From positions 18,733 through 82,732 of the forward strand of contig CASHTH010004028.1 of the NCBI GenBank assembly GCA_030341885.1: DNA of 64,000 bases, given 5' to 3'. The notes beneath the pieces were generated by a model. It worked only from the letters and a program-made list of their open reading frames with translations, was not told the origin of the DNA and searched no databases. Of this stretch, positions 58,480 through 64,000 are shown piece after piece. This stretch comes from Geodia barretti (Eukaryota). Positions within the stretch are counted from its first letter, which is position 1, and the number at the start of each line of letters is the position of its first letter. Both the position numbers and the translations under genes were made by a program.

Positions 58480-61400
58480 CTACAACTTCAGTACTCTGTC
58501 TCTCCCACCACTTGCCACTCTCTCCCCGTCCGGACTCCATCCACTGCAAAGGACAAATACCTCCGACATCATCACGACATCATTGGCCAATCGACCAACA
58601 GGGAGGAGGTTATATACTCGTATGCATGTCGGGCAAGTCGGTGCGGTTGGAGGAGAGCGGGTCTGATGTGTCCCAGACTTGAGAGTGCTGTCGGAGCTCC
58701 CGCTGCAGACGAGTCGGCTGTCAGCTGACCACGAGATCTGATAGACTGCCACTAAGTGGCCTCGCAGACTGGCCACGTATCTAACAGTAATACGTACACC
58801 ATTAGAGAGACATTGAGCTGAGTTGCCCTGGTAGCTCAGTTGCTTTAGAGTGCTCGCCTAGACTGCAGAGTGTGGTGGGTTTCAATCCCACCCAGGGCAG
58901 CTCTTCTTCTTTTCTTTGAGCGTCCTGGGTGTAGTTGACTGTTTGCCTGACTTGCCTTTTTACCTCGTACCAAGTTTGTTGAGACATGCTAATCGAACCC
59001 ATGTGGTAATATAGGCTAGGCTTCAATCACTCACAATGAACTTCGTCTTACAAAAAAAGTGGCATCAGTGACAATTGCGGCTTTAGTTCAGAGTTGCAGT
59101 AGTTAAAGGGTAACAAGTAGTGTACGGTCAGTGGTATAACACCGCCACACTTGGTAACGCCGCTGGACAATGGACAATGTTGTTTTCTGCTTTCACAAGT
59201 GAAACGGGTGTACACATAGTCATCTGAATGCTGGATATCCATTTCACTGTCACGAATAGTGGAAATTTCACACTCTCACTTTCACTCGCCGAAAATGCTT
59301 TGCATTCCTTATAGTAATGCTCGGTTTATCTCACTTGCCGGTTCTCCCGTCCCATAGTTTGATGGACCTTGTCGAAGGAGGCACTGGCTATGAGTCTGGC
59401 ATTCGGTGAGAACAGCACTTGGGGATAGCTGCTGTCGTGACATGTGCATATTACACGTTTCGCGGTTAGGAGAGATTGCGATTTTGGCAGTGAATTCCTT
59501 TGAGTAAGGGACACCTAGGGACAACAAATGTTTCCTTTATTCAGAGGTGACCCTTATATTTGAGTAAGGGACACCTTGGGACACCAAATGTTTCCTTTAT
59601 TCAGAGGTGACCCTTATATTCGGTGGTTAAACTCTGAATAAGGGGCACCAAATGTTTCCTTTATTCAGAGGTGACCCTTATATTCGGTGGTTAAACTCTG
59701 ACATAAGAGAGACACCAATGTTTCCTTTATCAGAGGTGACCCTTATATTCGGTGGTTAAACTCTGAATAAGGGACACCAAATGTTTCCTTTATTCAGAGG
59801 TGACCCTTATATTTGGTGGTTAAACTCTGAATAAGGGACACCAAATGTTTCCTTTATTCAGAGGTGACCCTTATATTCGGTGGTTAAACTCTGAATAAGG
59901 GACACCAAATGTTTCCTTTATTCAGAGGTGACCCTTATATTTGGTGGTTAAACTCTGAATAAAATAAGGGACACCAATGTTCCTTATCAGAGGTGACCCT
60001 ATATCGGGAGTTATTGGTTTTTAAACTCTGAGTAAGGGACACCTTGGGGACATTGAAAGGTGGAGTGTGGGGCAGAACCATGTGTCCTGGCTATATAGAC
60101 CTGTAGTACATTCTCTCATACCGGTCATCCTGGCAATGTGTTTCTTGCTGTCTGCTGGGTTCCAGAGAAAGAGAGTGAAATCATCTGAACTCAGCTAAAC
60201 CAACACCGTCTATCCCCTCACTGCTCTGCTGCATGCACACACCACACACACACCGCCAAAACCTAGTTTGTCGATCTCTCACATCTAACAAACAAACTCA
60301 GTGAGAAAAACCACATGCACCACATGGGGAAGTGGGCGAGGGAGAAGGGCAAAAGGCACATAGCTAGAGATGTGACAGTGACAGAGATTGTGTATATTCA
60401 ACCCTCAAATGTGTATAGTCCGGACAGGCAGTGTGCGTGGATTCTATGGATTATGAACACATTACCTTAGTCGGCTCGTATCGAACAAGGGCCTTCTCTG
60501 GAGCTCGAAATCTGAAACTGAAAGAAAAAACCTCATTAAAATTAAAAACACACGTAGCAAACCACAGTTTTTGTAACCCTGAGAACTCATAGCTGCAGAA
60601 TACTACGGCCCATTTTCTGAGACTCCGTGTGGTGGCGGGCGGGGTCGGCGGGGTCAATAGGCAGCTGTTCTGAGAGAGTCGTCGTGGTGCTGGAGAGCCA
60701 TGTGTTGGGACAGTGACCGTGACTGGGAGACTGCGACAGGCAGACATCCATGCGCGTGTGAACGAGTATGAGGCAGAGTCAGGAAAGTAAGAGGTACGGA
60801 GAGAGGAGATTTATGTTTTCTCCGATTTTATGCGTCGCTGTGTCCAGGTGCATGTGAATATCGAGCCCTAATTCTGTCTTCTGTTTATCTATACTGTAGA
60901 AGTAGACATTAAGTAAACAGGACGAATAACCACGCGACATGGAAATGAGAAGAGAGTCAGGCAACATAATATATAATATATGATACAGACTTTAAGTACT
61001 TTCTAAACTAACGTAGTGTACGTATATACACACAAACTCACATCTTTTGTCCTCCACACTTTGATGGTCCTATCTTGTGAAGCCGTGTAGACGAGTCCCT
61101 CCCCACCCATTTAATGCCCGTCACAGACTGGGTGTGGCCAGAGAGGACCATCACCGCCTTACACAGCACCACGTCCCATATCCTCACTGTCGCATCCTGT
61201 CATGGCAACAACAATCACATGATGGTCATGTGATCTAAAATTGCTCACAGCAAGTATTACGTTACCTTTGAGGCACTGGCCAGCAGTCTACAAGATGGAT
61301 CCCTGGAAGATTGAGCAACATGAGCCATATTATAGTACAAGCCAAATAATCTGCTATGTGAACTTGCAGCACAACGCTATTCACATTGCAAATGCTATAT

Positions 61401-63380
61401 ATGTACCGTCTTCGGTCTCCATTAGAACTTCAAGTTGTGGTTGGTCTGTTTTGGTCAATGCATAGCTGTCTGTGCCCTGTCAGCACTAATGTATCCAACA
61501 CCCTCCCAATGCAATGCTCTACTAGTCTGTCCGTGCCCTGTCAGCACTAATGTATCCAACACCCTCCCAATGCAATGCTCTACTAGTCTGTCCATGCCCT
61601 GTCAGCACTAATGTATCCAACACCCTCCCAATGCAATGCTCTACTAGTCTGTCTGTGCCCTGTCAGCACTAATGTAAAGCAGGCATACTCCAACACTCAA
61701 TGCTCTACTAGTCTGTCCGTGCCCTGTCAGCACTAATGTAAAGCAGGCATACTCCAACACTCAATGCTCTACTAGTCTGTCCGTGCCCTGTCAGCACTAA
61801 TGTAAAGCAGGCATACTCCAACACTCAATGCTCTACTAGTCTGTCCGTGCCCTGTCAGCACTAATGTAAAGCAGGCATACTCCAACACTCTCCCAATGCA
61901 ATGCTCTACTACCCAGTGAGGTATATAATAGACTCACAAATGAAGGGGCTGCCAGGCGAGAGAGGTGATCCACTGTTTGTGACCAGAGAGAGTGTGTCCC
62001 ACCTGTCTCCCTGTCTCTGCCTCCCACACACACACCTGAAGACACACACACACAAAAAACATTTTCACAGAGACTAAATTTGGAGATTGTCCATATAATC
62101 GCCACCCACAAAAATTTAATATTAGGATTACCGTACACACACATGTAAAAAAAATTTTTTAAAACAAGTGCTTGCGAAAAACGTTATGGAAACCTAGTAA
62201 GGCTGGTGGGCTATTGGCAAAGGGCATGCGGTGATATTTGGCGAAAATTCTACTAGTTATACGATCAATATATATACAACCTCACCACATCTACTGAAGA
62301 TGGGAAACCGACCTGTCCATTCTTGCAGCCAGAGGCCAGTCTCTTCCCGTCCGGCGACCACGCAATGCACAGTATCCAGTGTTTGTGGGCCTTGCAGGTG
62401 TGCAGTGGGGTCTCGGTGAATATGTCCCACAGTCTCACCGTTGTGTCTCCAGACCCACTGGCAAGAGACCTGGGGACAAACTCTCTCTCTATTTCTCTTC
62501 CACTCCTTTCTCTGCCCCCTTTATATTATATACACCACTCCCTCCCTCTCTTCGTCTTTTGATTCCTCCCATTCCTCCTAGTCTCTCCCTCCCCATTCAG
62601 CTCTCCATCCCCCATACCATACACAGGAGAATTATATTTGTGGAGATTGATGATGTCACTATAACCTCACTTACCGTCCATCAGGACTAAACTGAACAGC
62701 AATCACAGCCTCCGAATGACCTAAGAACACACAAAAGTCAGTACAACATCATTGAAAAAATTCAACCCACTGACTATATACCTCCAGTTCACTTCATTAT
62801 ACCTTTACACTAGAGACCACATGAGACCCCACTTCATAGGTATGATACTATCTATGCCTACCTGGTATGCTGCTGGTACAGTGGGTGATGGACTGGACTC
62901 TGAACCTGGCCTGAGGCTGGTAGACAATCTCCACCAACCTCTCCGTTCCTCCACTGCCCCTCTCCAACACCTCAGCCAGACTCTCCCGTACCTCCAGCTC
63001 GTGCACGTAGAACTCATACACCGTCTCATCATCCTAAAGGCGTCAATACACGTCGTGCAACATCAATGTATGGGTGTATGGTGGGGGTTCACGTGATGTG
63101 ACGACTCCACCCATAAATCGAATTGTTGCATGATGTATCACACAACACGGTAGTACCGTTAATGTTACCATCAGTCAACAGCTAGCGCCTCTTCGCCAAC
63201 GAGCAAACAAGAGCGAGCTAGTGAGTTTGTACGACTCACGTTCTCTAGGACGGCGGTGCACAGAGCCGCCAGGGAGTCTTTGGTGACACCCAGAGGCAGG
63301 TCGAACGGCGTGCCCACCAACACGCCGTCCTCGCTCTTGAACTGAGCCAAAACTCGCTTCTCATCCTCGCCCGCTTCCAT
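58480..63380 (-). CDS. NLE1: Notchless homolog 1 (NLE domain plus WD40 repeats), multi-exon; introns contain two satellite arrays
   Basis: Exon 1 is 63240-63380 (MEAGEDEKRVLAQFKSEDGVLVGTPFDLPLGVTKDSLAALCTAVLEN, the NLE domain). WD blocks include TGRQVGHTLSGHKQWITSLAWQPLH (about 61940-62010), QVLFSPNARLIASASFDK (about 59330-59400) and ASLRGHLVAVYQISWSADSRLVCSGSSDSTLK..WSPDGERVASGGRDRVLKL (58480-58776). Confidence 0.8.
58825..59059 (+). mobile_element. tRNA-derived SINE-like element with a conserved 3' block (CCTCGTACCAAGTTTGTTGAGACATGCT); partial copies of the 3' block lie in a MED15 intron at 12001-12060 (minus) and 33195-33248 (plus)
   Basis: The head has a 7-bp acceptor stem GCCCTGG/CCAGGGC, a D-arm TAGCTCAGTTG and a T-arm GGTGGGTTTCAATCCCACC, but the anticodon stem does not pair. 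An A-rich tail lies at 59051-59059. Confidence 0.55.
59501..60050. repeat. Tandem satellite, unit of about 64-70 bp (ggtggttaaactctgaataagggacaccaaatgtttcctttattcagaggtgacccttatattc), about 8 copies, each with an internal dyad (ctctgaataaggg / cctttattcagagg); lies in an NLE1 intron
   Basis: Direct reading. Confidence 0.9.
61465..61912. repeat. Tandem satellite, unit of about 60 bp (ctgtccgtgccctgtcagcactaatgta[tccaacaccctcccaatgca / aagcaggcatactccaacactca]atgctctactagt), about 7 copies in two subfamilies; lies in an NLE1 intron
   Basis: Direct reading. Confidence 0.9.
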
Positions 63381-63467
63381 TCTCTTCGCACACGTGGTGT
63401 GGTTCAAAGGTCAAATTTTAAACACATGCGCTAAAGTATATACACATGCGCGCTATTGTTGTCCACT

Positions 63468-64000
63468 CTATCTCTGGTTCTTCCTCAAGCCCATCTTTCC
63501 CAGTGCCGCCGCATGCACCTCGTCTGGTCCGTCGGCCAGCCTCAGGATGCGGGCCAAGGAGAAGAACTGGGCAAGAGGTCTGTCTCCTGACAGGCCCATT
63601 GCTCCATGAGCCTATATAAGCAGAAGAGGGGAAGAAGGAGGGATGGTTATACAGTATAGCCCACCTTTAGAACCTCACACGGAGAACTACTACTATTATA
63701 TACAAATGCAATACATTATTGCCGAGCAATTTTAACGTATGTGTGAGCATTTACGTATGGAAAGCACCGCAGCTTCTGATAAAAAAGATCGTGCAACTAG
63801 AGGTGGGTTCTCTTCCATTGGCAAATACAGAGAGGGCAAATTTCAAAGCACAGAGAGTGCCGTATTCATGCAGATTTCAGATGACTAGTGGGCTCGCTTA
63901 AATCACCAACTGTGTATACAGAAACTGCCTATAGTACATACCTGCATGGCTCTGTCGACCACTCTCTGGACCATCTGCGGTGCCACTACCTTGATCATTG
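63468..64000 (-). CDS. 3' end of an acyl-CoA dehydrogenase gene (ACAD10/ACAD11-like C-terminus); last exon 63468-63611 plus an upstream exon 63942-64000 that runs off the window
   Basis: The last exon reads [47 protein letters not shown] (the LADGPDEVH motif). The upstream exon reads ..[19 protein letters not shown] with a GTATGT donor. Confidence 0.55.

Noticed and set aside
58825-58900. A functional tRNA gene
   Set aside because: The acceptor, D and T arms fold, but the anticodon stem (CTCGC versus GCAGA) does not pair. The 3' block recurs elsewhere as dispersed repeat copies. The locus is more consistent with a tRNA-derived SINE.
1-64000. Prokaryotic-style features (CRISPR arrays, operons with RBS, Rho-independent terminators, defence islands)
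   Set aside because: The sequence is clearly eukaryotic: GT-AG introns, metazoan orthologues throughout, microsatellites. No direct-repeat and spacer architecture is present.

Overview
This is a gene-dense, intron-containing (GT-AG) animal nuclear locus, with no prokaryotic or CRISPR content. The dominant structure is a very large inverted repeat (palindrome). A left arm (1 to about 21770) and a right arm (about 23320 to about 45277) are mirror images, separated by an asymmetric spacer of about 1.55 kb. The left arm runs off the window edge, so the true palindrome may be larger.

Each arm carries, from the centre outward: a glutamate-carboxypeptidase-II/NAALADase-like type-II membrane peptidase gene (M28 family), with the two copies head-to-head across the spacer and with different first exons; an uncharacterised single-pass membrane protein gene; MED15 (KIX plus Q/M-rich plus conserved C-terminus); an intronless ZWILCH; XBP1 (bZIP, with an IRE1-type unconventional intron); GTF2H3 (TFIIH p34); and exons 1 and 2 of MVP. 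The complete major vault protein gene (15 exons) starts inside the right arm and continues into unique sequence.

Unique sequence after about 45.3 kb carries MVP exons 3-15, an unidentified minus-strand ORF pair, a minus-strand gene with a PX-like motif, NUDT9 (plus strand), Notchless/NLE1 (minus strand) and the 3' end of an ACAD10/11-like acyl-CoA dehydrogenase gene (minus strand). It also has three unrelated tandem satellite arrays, a tRNA-derived SINE, a perfect 48-bp-stem hairpin, microsatellites and recurring GCGCATGCGC (NRF-1 type) promoter palindromes.

The two arms differ by many small indels, often in homopolymers, plus some substitutions. Real divergence cannot be separated from consensus error by eye, so all frameshift calls are provisional. 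Homology calls come from recalled protein families, not from database searches.
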